Of a stretch of 64,000 nucleotides of DNA, positions 52,790 through 64,000 are shown in pieces (position 1 is the first letter of the stretch; each line of letters opens with the position of its first letter). Both the position numbers and the translations under genes were made by a program. The notes beneath the pieces are model-generated. The model searched no databases, was not told the DNA's origin, and saw only the letters and a list, made by a program, of their open reading frames with translations. Source of the DNA: Octopus bimaculoides (lineage: Eukaryota). The stretch spans positions 68,209,864-68,273,863 of the forward strand of contig NC_068985.1 in assembly GCF_001194135.2 (NCBI RefSeq), read 5' to 3'.

Positions 52790-52900
52790 TCCAGTAAATA
52801 TATTACCAGCTTCCCCCTAGTTCGCTGCGCCTATGACCAGTACATTCATCGTTCCGATGATGACTGGCATTGTTGCCTACCAGCACTTAAATTGCTGCCA
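52790..52900 (-). mobile_element. Small R4/Dong LINE C-terminal fragment
   Basis: KLCWQQFKCW*ATMPVIIGTM resembles the terminal RLW...IPVIIGALG motif. Confidence 0.3.
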
Positions 52901-53311
52901 ACACAGTTTCCACCACTGCTGTTGTTATGATGCGCAGCGTTGCTGCTGACAGCAAGTCAACGACTACTACAAGGTCATACACCGATATATACAACGACAT
53001 TCACCATCATCGCCAGTTACGCCTATGCTGACAATACCTATCACCGACTACTACCACAGCATTAACTACCATCGATAACCACCCTTACTACCACTGCTGC
53101 CAACCTTCCGCTTCCCTCAGTGTGAGGCACCAGGAAGCACCGGACTAAAACTGGGTCACTGCCCATCCGGCTATCCAATAAGGCAGGATATACGTTGTCA
53201 CACATTTGTTTCACTGTATCCTTCTGAAGTTAGGTTTATGCGTATGTGCGCATTTACGCATGCGCGCGCGCACACACTCACACACACACCAATATGTATA
53301 TATGATTATAA

Positions 53312-53347
<36 letters not shown>

Positions 53348-53469
53348 GTATGTATGTATACTAAATGCAACTAGGATGTTGGAAACGCCTACATTGCTGG
53401 AAATAAGAGTTAAAGTTGTCTAGCACCTAATTCTAGACATATACACAATTATGTGCTTTGACTACAAGA

Positions 53470-54090
53470 GATCATTTTAACTCTTATTTCTACCAATGCA
53501 GTCGCCTCTAGTGATAATTATAATTTTAAACCTAGGCGCCGTAAGAGGCACAGAGGAGAATTAAGATGGTCTGCTTCAAAATTCGAAATCACCGATTTTC
53601 TGGTTATATCCGCTTGGACGTTTATCTCCCTTGTCAGTCATTAAGATAGTACCTCTGCTGCAATTGAATTGTTTTGACTATTATTTCTAGCAATGCTGTT
53701 ACTACTAATTACTCTCTGTCACTCTAGTGACGTCTATAAATTTGACTTTAGGTTGTTAAATTACTAAGCCACCAATATTATTTGTAGTTTTCAGTTTTAC
53801 CATTTATCAAATCAGTCTATGAGCTCAACGGATTTTTATAATCCCACAGGGTGAGTCAAGTTTAGCCCTAGGCGCGGTAAGAGCCTCCGATGTGAATAAA
53901 AATGCTCTGCAGCAAAATTCCAAATCACTGGTCATTGAGATAATTCTTCTGTGACTATTGAATTGTTTTGACTCTTATTTCTAGCAATGCTGGCACCAAT
54001 TAGTACCCTTTGTCACTTTAGTGTCACTTTAGTGACGTCTATAAATTTGCCTTCAGGTTGTTAAATTGCTAATAAGCCACGCATATTATC
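53470..54090. repeat. Diverged tandem duplication (two units plus a partial one)
   Basis: cctaggcgc.gtaagag...attgaattgttttgact.ttatttctagcaatgctg...tagtgacgtctataaatttg...ggttgttaaatt occurs twice. Confidence 0.85.
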
Positions 54091-54100
54091 CATATATATA

Positions 54101-54961
54101 CGGTGCGTTGAATAAACTGTCATCTGAATTACGCAAAAATGAAACTAATACTGACATCTCATTTTAGCAGATACATTTAGCAAAATAACTTAAATGCATC
54201 TTGATACACTAAAGAGTAAATTTATTCCATAAAATTGCCATTAGCTTCAACAGCGGCCTCCAGATAACTTCAAAATCTCCTGCAAATCTTTTGGGCGGTC
54301 TCCTTGTTTAATTTGGTGAATGCGGCCATAATCCTTGCTTTTACTTCATCTTTGGTGTTACAAGGAGTTTTGTTGGTCTCTCGCTGAACTGCGCCCCACC
54401 AATAATAATCAAGGGGTTTACATAGTGGAGAGTTAGGTGGCCAGATGTTAGGGGTGATGTAGTAGAAGAAATTGTTTCTCAGCCATGATTGTGGACTCCT
54501 GCTTATATGGCATAGTGCAGAATCTTGTTGCCGGGCATAAGATATTCCAGGAGCCACCCTCTTGACCCAGGTAACACTACCTCCTCCAGGCACTTGGTGT
54601 AGGCCGCCGTGTTGTGTCTGAGGCCATATAGGAAGGTGAACGGAGGCATAACTCCACCATCACTAGTGATCACTCCAAGCACCATGATGGTGAAGGGATT
54701 TTTGATTTGTATCACTCTCGGTACGTGATTTGGAGACACGGCAAGCCAACAGATTGACACCCAAACACTCTGAAATATTCATACCGGAGATTCCGGTGCG
54801 AATGCCAAGCAGTACAACATGTTGTATTCACATTTCCGGCAGTGTGAATTGGGTCATGGTGCTGTTTATTTTTCACAGACGGTGCCCATCTGACTCTACT
54901 ATACTGTGTAGTTGACAAAATGAAAAATAATGTGCGAAATTAAAACCATAAGATGGTGACA
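54101..54961 (-). mobile_element. maT (DD37D) mariner, internally deleted
   Basis: Preceded by TA. ATG at 54857, stop at 54222. QQDSALCH...WPPNSPLCKPLDYY has 37 residues between the last two catalytic Asp. The N-terminal GVNL is joined almost directly to WLAVSP. Confidence 0.92.
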
Positions 54962-56631
54962 ATATATATATATATATATAAAGGGAAAGTTATCGTTATC
55001 GTATCTAATCCGCCAATACCATATCTCACTTAAATGCAAAGTTGACTTTCAAGAAGAACATAAGATCTTTAACACCGCTGTATGAAGCGATCAACACTAA
55101 GTTCAAATCCACCACTCAGTACATTCACATTGATCTGTCTAAGAATTTGAAAGCTTATAAAAAACGTTAGACAAATAGCTAAGACAATATATATGTCCAG
55201 TATGGGTGCAGATATGACTATGACGTTATAAAGTTTGTTTCACAACAATGTAGTTCTGGTCAGAGCCCACTTCTCAGTAACTCATTTACACTTTACAAAC
55301 ACGTTTTGAGCAAATGTTCTGTGACTGTACAGAATCCTGTCATCAAATGAAGTAAATACTTCCTAACCCTTAGAAACTTGTAATCACAAAGACTCTATTG
55401 TTCTGAATTTTGATTAGAAATTATAAAATATCATAATATATATTGATTTCACATATTTCTTGCTATTTCCATTACAGTTATCGTGAAGTAATTTAAATTA
55501 TTCAAAAGAAAGTACTAAATTATCAAAATATCTTATAAAATATTCGTTTACGGAATAAATAACACCTATTCTATAAATTTTGTTTTAAACATAAATATAA
55601 CGTTTTAAAGGTTGTCATCCTCTCTTCAGATTTTTAAATTTTATTAATGAATAAATAACAGAGCGAGTACGTTGCAAAAGCCAAATGACATCTCATAAAA
55701 TATGCAACTAAATCAATAATCGATACCAACCGTTAAATAAGTATATTAAATTAGAGCAAAATAGTTGGACATACAAATGGCAGTTTTCGCAAAGCAAAAA
55801 GAAAATATCTATCAAATACCAACAAATATAGATTTCAAAGTGGTTACGTAGGAAGGGAGTTACTGATGCCTGGAGTGTGATATCTCAATTTACACAGTTT
55901 AGATCTTCTTACCAATAAGGCTGTTTGTCAGAAAATACTCCAAAATTATCATTCTTTCTAGTTATGTTTTAAGAAAATAGACTACGTGTATGACTCTACG
56001 ACTTAATAACATTTCATTGTTCTACGATCAAATGAGTGATAGGTATTGCTTGAAAAGATTTTGACAGTATCATTGTATCTGGGTAGTAGTTTCTATTAAA
56101 TTTAGATAATATTGATTACTAAAATATGAGATAAAATATTTTCGCTCTTAAATCATAAAAATACAAATAATTCTATATCACATGAAAACCAACCGCTCTT
56201 AGACTTAGATACGTTTCTGTCTTTCATTCAGTCTCTTATCTTTAACTATTTTCCGGTTCTCCCGTTAATTTAATATTTGGATCACAACTAGAAGTTTGTT
56301 ATCCCTTCGCCAATCCCACAAGGGAGATAAATTGTTTATATTCTCGTTAAAAATGTCGATTTTCTCAAATTACCGCTGTGACACTTCACCACAAATTAAT
56401 CATCATTTTCTCTCTTTCTCTCCCCCTCTCTCTCTCTACTTTTTAATCCCCTCTCTTCCTTTCTCAGTTATCTATCTCTACTTGTATATATTTCTATATA
56501 TCAGCCCTTCTCTTATTCTGTGCTTGGCTGTCTCTGTTATTCTCTCTCTTCTAATATTTACAATATTGTATCTTTCTTTTGAGGTGTCTATAACTTTCTC
56601 ATATTTTTCTTCATTACTTTGTTTTCAACAG

Positions 56632-57053
56632 TTTCTGCTCATTTTAGAAATGCGCATTTTACTTCTATGTAAACTAACATTACAGTACCATAGTTTAGTA
56701 GATTTTAAACTAGTTCTAAAATAGCTTATTTTGAAGTTTACCCAATGAAGAATCAATGGACTTTGCTGAAGAAAAGGTAAGTTGTGTGCGCAAACGCAAT
56801 ATAACGCTCCCGAAGTTCTCAATTAAATTCCAGAGTAAGTTTAGAAAATTTTTTAACACTATCACCGAAAATGTCCTCTGCTATAGCAAATACCATATTG
56901 TTCTATACAAACGCACAGTGAAACACTCATTTACATATATACTGAGATAAGAAATAGTAGTGTAAAAGAAATCAAATATTTGGTTAGTAATTATGTTATC
57001 GGAGTAGGAACGCTGAAAGTTATTGCTGAATCCTACGAGATACAAACTTACAA
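56632..57053 (+). other. Candidate three-exon chain (56632-56668, 56737-56776, 56887-57053), product unknown
   Basis: Canonical AG/GT sites, including gtaagt donors at 56777 and 57054, with compatible phases. Spliced frame SAHFRNAHFTSILPNEESMDFAEEKQIPYCSIQTHSETLIYIYTEIRNSSVKEIKYLVSNYVIGVGTLKVIAESYEIQTY. Confidence 0.25.
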
Positions 57054-57685
57054 GTAAGTACTATATGTTATTTCATTCTACTTGTGTATGAAAGATCTCT
57101 GAGTAAGAATAAAATAAATTTTCTTGTGATGAAATAAGTCTACTTCATTAATTTAATGCGCAAATTACAAATGTGCGATTAGTTCTTAAGTGATTAATTT
57201 AACCACATTACTTGAAAATGATTAATTTCATACTAAAATCAAAGCAAATATATAAGTCATGGGTGAGTCATTGGTACTGCGACTCCAGATTCATAACGTT
57301 CATTTTTTTTCTGTTCAATACTGATTTGTCATTTATCAGTGCACCATTTAGGCTGCTTTCGTTTTTCGTTTTCATAGTTTATCTTGTGAATAAATCTAAA
57401 GGACCCAAGATATACTTCTTCACCGATGACGCCATGCTATTTGCAGCTGTAGACTAACGTCGTTATGTGAAATCTCAATCGGTTGTCTAAACAGATATAT
57501 CAGTAAATAGAGACGTTGGAGTAGTTGAAGGTAACATTTCAGTCATCAAATCTTAGATGTATCATGGAAAAAATATGTACGAACCCTCATTTTCGCTTTG
57601 GGGAATGAATTCTGTATATGAAAATCTGAAATCTTTGTACTAAAATGCAAAACAACCTGGTGTCAACTAAAGTTTACTCTTATAG

Positions 57686-58040
57686 AAGTGTGTTAGTTTG
57701 GAAATCATCGAACGCTGCACAAAATCGCAAACAGACTCCATATCTAAAGAAGTATGGTTCTTTACAAGACATAAATCTGAAGCTTCACGAACTCTCCTTA
57801 CTCCCTGCAAGTATGTTTCACGTATGATTACTTAGTCTAAAACGCTTCCTAGATCATTGTGGTTCACCGAGCTGTTGGAGATTCCTACAATAATAAGTAT
57901 CTACTAAATAAACAGTACCTACAGATTATCTGAAGTGAAAGTTTTTCGATATTAAGAACAGGTTGCACGAACTGGACGAGTGCGTAGATATTTGCATTCG
58001 GCTTTTAGGCGTCTTACTGTATACAAATGTGTGCACTCGA
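57686..58040 (+). pseudogene. Possible YqaJ/lambda-exonuclease-like gene remnant
   Basis: LEIIERCTKSQTDSISKEVWFFTRHKSEAS... resembles the IE..T..Q..S..W...R..R.TAS start of YqaJ. The same frame continues with stops through SLWFTELLEIPTI. Confidence 0.3.
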
Positions 58041-58865
58041 CTTTCAGTATAACGAAGAAACATATGGAAACTGCTAATATCCCTCAACTTTTAGTATTTA
58101 AACTTTTAATTATGATGATACAAATTTGTGAACACCTCTTACTCAGAGAATATATTTCGTCTTGCAACATGTTAGTGAAATTGTGTGACAAATTTGTGCA
58201 ACTTGAAACATTTCCCCTCTTCACCTTTGTACAATGCATACATTTATGAGTGTGAGGTTGTAAAAATATGATTTCCAATTGTTTTGAATGGGTGTTTTAC
58301 GAAACATTTCAGTGCAATGTAGGGCTAATGCGATCTTATTTCGGTGTTGAGAATGTTTCGCAAAAGTTTGCATCGTTTGAAATAATTTCTTGTGAAGCTA
58401 CTCTCTGTATATTTCTACTGTTCGTAGCTGAAAAAATAAAAAAAACTGTAACTTCAAAAAAGAAAAAGAAATAAGGTTATGGTAATGATAACTAAATTAT
58501 TACTAATAATCGTTTCCGAACCATTAGTGCACAATTGAGATGGTAGGAAGTTTACAACTGTACTACTGTAGCTACTCATCACTTCGGTTATTCATCTGTT
58601 TGTATATATTTTCTACAAGAAAAAAAAACACAGCATAAACGTCGTAGTATTGCCTAATTATGATATGAAATTAATACATCTACTTCATATGTTAACAGAA
58701 AATAAAATTGTCATAACTCATCTCAGTTAATAAGATATCTGCCATTTGTCTGAAATAGTAGGTTAGCGTTTTGTTGCTCAGTAACATTGAGAATTGGAAT
58801 GTTTCTCCATTCTATTATAATCTAAAGTTCTGGCTTCTTCGCAAGCACACCTATACACCTCACAG

Positions 58866-58902
<37 letters not shown>

Positions 58903-59600
58903 CACACACACACACACACACACAGAGTATCACACACACGTGTACACAAATACACACACACGTGTACACAAATACACACACCTTCATACAAATACACCAC
59001 ACGAATATAATATACGCCCCAAACATGCATATATATAAAACTTCAATAAAGCTATTTAACAAAATTGATCATTTGGGATTATTAATAAATTTCACCATGC
59101 CTTGTTCCAAACACATTTGGCTCCAGTTTAGCCAAATGACGTTCTGTGCATAATTCAGAGCGAGCATAAAAATACTTTAGAGACATTAAAGTATGTTTTG
59201 TATTAAAACTATATTCCCACATTCTATTGAAAAACCAAGTTAATCCAAATTGTAGTTTAGGGCGTAGAAGTTACCAGCAAATTTTCCTTTAAATATCCAG
59301 GGGATAATATCTGCATAATATTTTGGTACATGACCATTTCTGATAGTAATTACTATAAAACTGATCTGTTATTTCTGTGCTGCCTTTATATTCCGCTTTC
59401 TTACATGAAGAAAAATAGTTATTAAAATGTGGGAAGGAAAAGTTGTTCGAATCTCTTTCAGTTTTACATTTTATTTCTAATATAATTAGACGTTGACATG
59501 TGGTTTGCATCGTTCAAATCATAAAATAGCATGCGAATATCCATAGAAAATTCACTTAACTTATAGTGTCGTCCAGGAAACTGTAGGTTTGAGGTTTTTC

Positions 59601-59656
59601 CATCTTTGATTTGCGATCTTTGATTTGCCATCTTTGATTTGCCATCTTTGATTTGC
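59601..59656. repeat. 14-bp tandem repeat x4, (C/G)ATCTTTGATTTGC, each unit with a TCF/LEF-like CTTTGAT core
   Basis: Directly visible; function is inference. Confidence 0.9.
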
Positions 59657-60239
59657 CACCGAAAGCAAGTTGATTTATGTAACGCATAAGTACAGATGTA
59701 AAATGAATTTGTATTGCGCAGCTGAACAACTGTTGTAGGTAATCACCAAAAAGGACGTTGTGGAGTACTGGTAAACCAACAGAATGAGTAACAGAACAAA
59801 AATCAATTGGAAAGTGAGTACTTTTTCCTAGTTAATATTTGTGTGTCAAATTAATGTAAAATATTATTCTGTAAGACTAGCTTCGTATACATACATACAT
59901 ACATACATACATACATACATACATACATACATACATACACACACACATAATTATTTGTAAGAGATTCTAAGTCTGTTTAACGCAGTTTCAATGTAAAACG
60001 TCTCAAACTCTGTAAAAGATAGCTTTACATAAGATCAGGTTGAGAGTTGCTGGAGATCTGTAGAAGAAAAAAATGAATTCAACAAACAAGCTGTATTGCT
60101 GAAAGAACTGAAACAAGATTACTGTCTGTCTGTCTGTCGTGCAAAAGCAATATAAAATATACGGCGAAATACAGAAAATGTCTACAAGAAAATTTCGAGG
60201 CCAAACCTCGTAGCAGTAGAATTTCACCTTTTATCTGAG

Positions 60240-60540
60240 AGAACTCATACGGCTCCATGGCGAAAGTATGAAGGGCAAAGAAAGCACGCAAATTGTTATC
60301 AACTGCAACGACTCTTCTCATACCCCAAAAAAGCCAAACCATACTTGCTAAAAAGTATTGTACAATCGCCTCCCAGCGTATCACGTCCAAATTATACACT
60401 GGGCACCTCAATCTGTTCTTGCAGGATCATTGTGCCTACAAAAACATTATAACACCTCAGCAAGCTGGAGGAAAAAAAGTGTAGGGCTGTATACAGCAGC
60501 TACTAATTAACAAAATGATTCAGGGAAAACAGTACAAAAT
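60240..60540 (+). mobile_element. R4/Dong LINE RT N-terminal fragment
   Basis: TTLLIPQKSQTILAKKYCTIASQRITSKLYTG...IITPQQAGGKKV*GCIQQLLINKMI. Confidence 0.8.
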
Positions 60541-60879
60541 TGCAGGATAATTATTTTCAAAACCTAGAATCATTATGAGATTTTATAAAAACTCCATGAG
60601 ATAACTTTCGAGGATTTCTAAGCTTTATTTCTTTTTGCCTGTCTTGAAGCCAAAAATGTTGGTAGACGGACGTGAAGTAATTTTCTTTGCTTTTCTTTTT
60701 CTTTTTGGGAAGGTTAGGAATTTCATACTGGATCATTAATCAATAATTTTGGAAGAATTATAATTACAACGTCTACCAGAAGACAAATGGTTTTTTTTTT
60801 TTTTTACCAAGGATATGCACAAGTATCTTAATGCACGAATCTTTGAATGAAGAACATGTTGCCTAACAAAAGGTGAAAT

Positions 60880-61400
60880 TCGAAATATAGTGCTGCAGTT
60901 GGTGAAGACAACATCTTTTCTTATTACATACTACGAAATGTTCAAGCTAGACCACATATTGCATTCTCATTCTATTCTGACTTCCCGACCTTGAGATAAA
61001 TGAGATTTCTGAAATTTCTCACAAACAATGGTTCTTCTATTGAATGAAAAGTTGGGACATACACAGACATGAAAGCTACTTAACACTACAACTCGGGCAG
61101 AGCTTAATGATGTGTTCACCCATGTTGAATAGCAACTCATCTATCGTATCATAGCATTTTCTGATCACAAAACCTACACCTTCGTCTCTCTTTTCATGTG
61201 CTGCTCAGTAAACTCAAGAATACTATAGCCATAGGACATTTAATTTTGCTAATATCCCTCTAGAAGTCGGGTCTCAGAAAGGGCGGCAATTTTGATCTCT
61301 TAACAGTCGACTTCCGATGCAAAAAGGGAAGGATAGTGTTCCAGCCTCATGGATTTATCTATCATTCGACAGGGCCCACAAAAAATTCCAGTACCACACC
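60880..61400 (-). mobile_element. Decayed RTE-type endonuclease fragment
   Basis: EIKIAALSETRLLEG, KRDEGVGFVIRK, SVYVPT. Confidence 0.65.
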
Positions 61401-62153
61401 AGAAAATTGTCCTTTATTTCCTTATTTACAAATTAAGGTGTGTTGCTCCTTGTTTTAGACATCTTTTCTTCTTCTTTCTCAGAAAATGGATAAGCATAAT
61501 TCCCTTAAAGTCATTGCTCAGCAACATGCAATACAATCCCATTCTGCTAACTCCAAAAATAATTCCCTTGCTACTTAATGTTTCCAACTCCATAATTCTA
61601 CATATTATGCCACGAACCTATATCTAGTGCGTCTTTTTCCTCAGAAAATTCAAATTCGATTTGATGAGTACTAATATGAGAAGTAAATGTACAGCGATGC
61701 TCGGAGGAAGTGCTTCATTTTGTAGAAGTTATAGTGATACAAATACCACTCTTCTAAAAATCATCTAAGATTTCTAAAAAATCATCTTCATTGTTTCTGA
61801 GACTACCAAAGATTGGGATCAATGATAAACTCATGAAATGGAGGGCTTATATTAGTGTCCACGACCTAATCTTCTCCAAACTGCATGGTAAACCACAAGA
61901 CAGTGGAAGCTAAAATTTTCAAAATCTAAATTTCTGATGAATTTTCTGCTTACAAGTAGGTGTACATTTCTCTCAAATAGTTTTAGAAACCTTTGTTCAG
62001 CAACTCAAGTTTCCACGCTTTATTGCTTGACAGTCGTTGAGGATATATTCGTTTTCTCATTCACACTCCGCTGTTCATTTGGCGAGTCAGTTTAGACACT
62101 GATGATTCAAACGTTATGCAATTGGATTAAACATAAAAAAGTACATTCATGAC

Positions 62154-62195
<42 letters not shown>

Positions 62196-63055
62196 ATACA
62201 CACACAAGCAGCACGCACACACACACGCACACATACACACACACGCGCGCGCGTGCGTTTATATGTTTATATATTTATACATACAGACATACATGTTTAT
62301 ATATGTATATAGCCAATCATATGTGTGGATGGATGTGTGCATGAATGAGAAATCTTTATAATCATTACACTATATACCCAATATAATAATAGTGGGTGTT
62401 TTATTGATTAGGACAGCTAAAATATTTAAACAACAGGTTAAAATGATCTCTCATTACCCTGCAAATATTTAGTGAGGAAAAAGGATCGGATTGCGAATAA
62501 GAACCTTTCCCTAGCGACGCCGTTGTATTGAAGAAAGAAAATGCCAAAAAATATTGAGCGACGTATTATATAAGGAAGCTCAAACCTAGTGAGACTTTCA
62601 TATACATAACAAATGCAAAATAGAATGAAGTTCCCAATTTATAGAAGATTAATGTGATGTAAAGATTCCCATGCATGCACTCTGCTAAATCATGCAGAAT
62701 TCTCATTAAAGAAGCACACCATTATAACACAAGAAAAAGGAAGTCAGAGATATTAATGAAAATTCTTAGTCAGGAACGAAAATTGGATATTAAATTATTT
62801 GAATGAACATACGACTCTACTAAAATACCTCGAAAGATAGTGTTACGAGAGCTTTTAAATTTGGGATTGCATTGATATATATATATCTATATCTATATAT
62901 ATANNNNNNNNNNNNNNNNNNNNNNNNNNNNNNNTACCCATACATATATATATATATGTATGTATGTATGTATGAATTATGTATGTATATATGTGTGTAT
63001 GTGAGTGTGTGTGTGCCTATATGTATATATGTATGGGTATATATATATATATGTA

Positions 63056-63095
<40 letters not shown>

Positions 63096-64000
63096 CATGT
63101 TTGCATGTATTTGTTTCTACATGTGCATGCGTATGTATATATACCCATACATATATGCTCCCTCATATATAAATATACATTCATACATACACAACTACAT
63201 GCTTGCATACAAATGTGTGTGAACATTTGCTTTTGAATGCTTGTCTGTTTTAAATTATAACTCGATGTCAATTCTTGAAATGCTTACTGATTCGGAAAAT
63301 TGTGTATAATACTAATAGTTCATGCTGATTAGTAGTAAGCAGAGAAATAAATACGAAAGCAGCCATTTTTCTATATATTTCTATATATCTTAGATTGAAT
63401 GTATTCAGCAGCTGTTTTGGAGATATTCAGAAAATGTTATAAAATTTTGTTTAAGTTAGATGACCATGAAATGAACTAAACTGGCGCTGGATTTTTAGAA
63501 AAATAAATTACAATGAGATAGCAATAGAAATATAAAAAATAATGAATAGAAAGGAGGCCATCATATAATGAACCAACAAATCTAAATTATAAACTGGAGA
63601 AAATGTGTAGTATCTAAGGAGAGAAATGAAAACAATTACGAGACAGACGTACAGTTATGACTGTGATTCAATATGTCCATAAACACGACAAAAAGCCTTC
63701 AATACTAAACTAACCACAATATAAAGTACATTCTAGATTTTCATGCTAAGATTTCACTCAATATAATATTACCAATGATAAAGTAAACTGTATTTGACCG
63801 TAAGTATGCATGAAATATGATTTAATTCCGATGCCGGAGTTGAGAGAAATGGAAATTCAAACGTTCACCCATTTTTGTTGCATTCACAATAGCGGGGTAC
63901 GAAAGGTATTCTGCAGAGTGAAGATAAGCTTGTTGGCTATCAACTCGCAGACGAGTCTGCACAACACTGACAAATTATCTGATATTGGATGTTAAAGACA

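Noticed and set aside
55311-55351. Possible micro-exon QMFCDCTESCHQMK
   Set aside because: 41 nt with modest splice signals and no linkable neighbours; cannot be separated from chance.

Overview
This is AT-rich, repeat-dense animal DNA with no recognisable intact host gene. The SINE families, the long (TA)n/(CA)n/(TATG)n and trinucleotide microsatellites and the N-gaps flanked by (TA)n suggest an Octopus short-read scaffold; this is inferred from recognising the repeats, not from a search. The window is mostly decayed transposable elements. Retroelements include RTE, CR1 and R4/Dong LINE fragments, a Penelope-like RT and two tRNA-derived SINE families. DNA transposons include a Tc1, two DD37D (maT) mariners, several hAT remnants, probable Academ and Tigger remnants, a 150-bp hAT MITE with a perfect 8-bp TSD and a non-autonomous Helitron. 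Nearly all long ORFs in the supplied track are microsatellite or N-gap artefacts. Worth a second look: two hammerhead-ribozyme-like motifs (1.3 kb, 50.9 kb); a closely spaced inverted SINE pair; a 69-bp locally templated insertion inside a mariner; a phase-compatible exon chain next to a YqaJ-like remnant (56.6-58.0 kb); and a 4x TCF/LEF-like tandem array upstream of a possible first coding exon (59.6-59.8 kb). I see no strong evidence for a wholly new biological system. All family assignments come from manual translation and motif recognition and need database confirmation.
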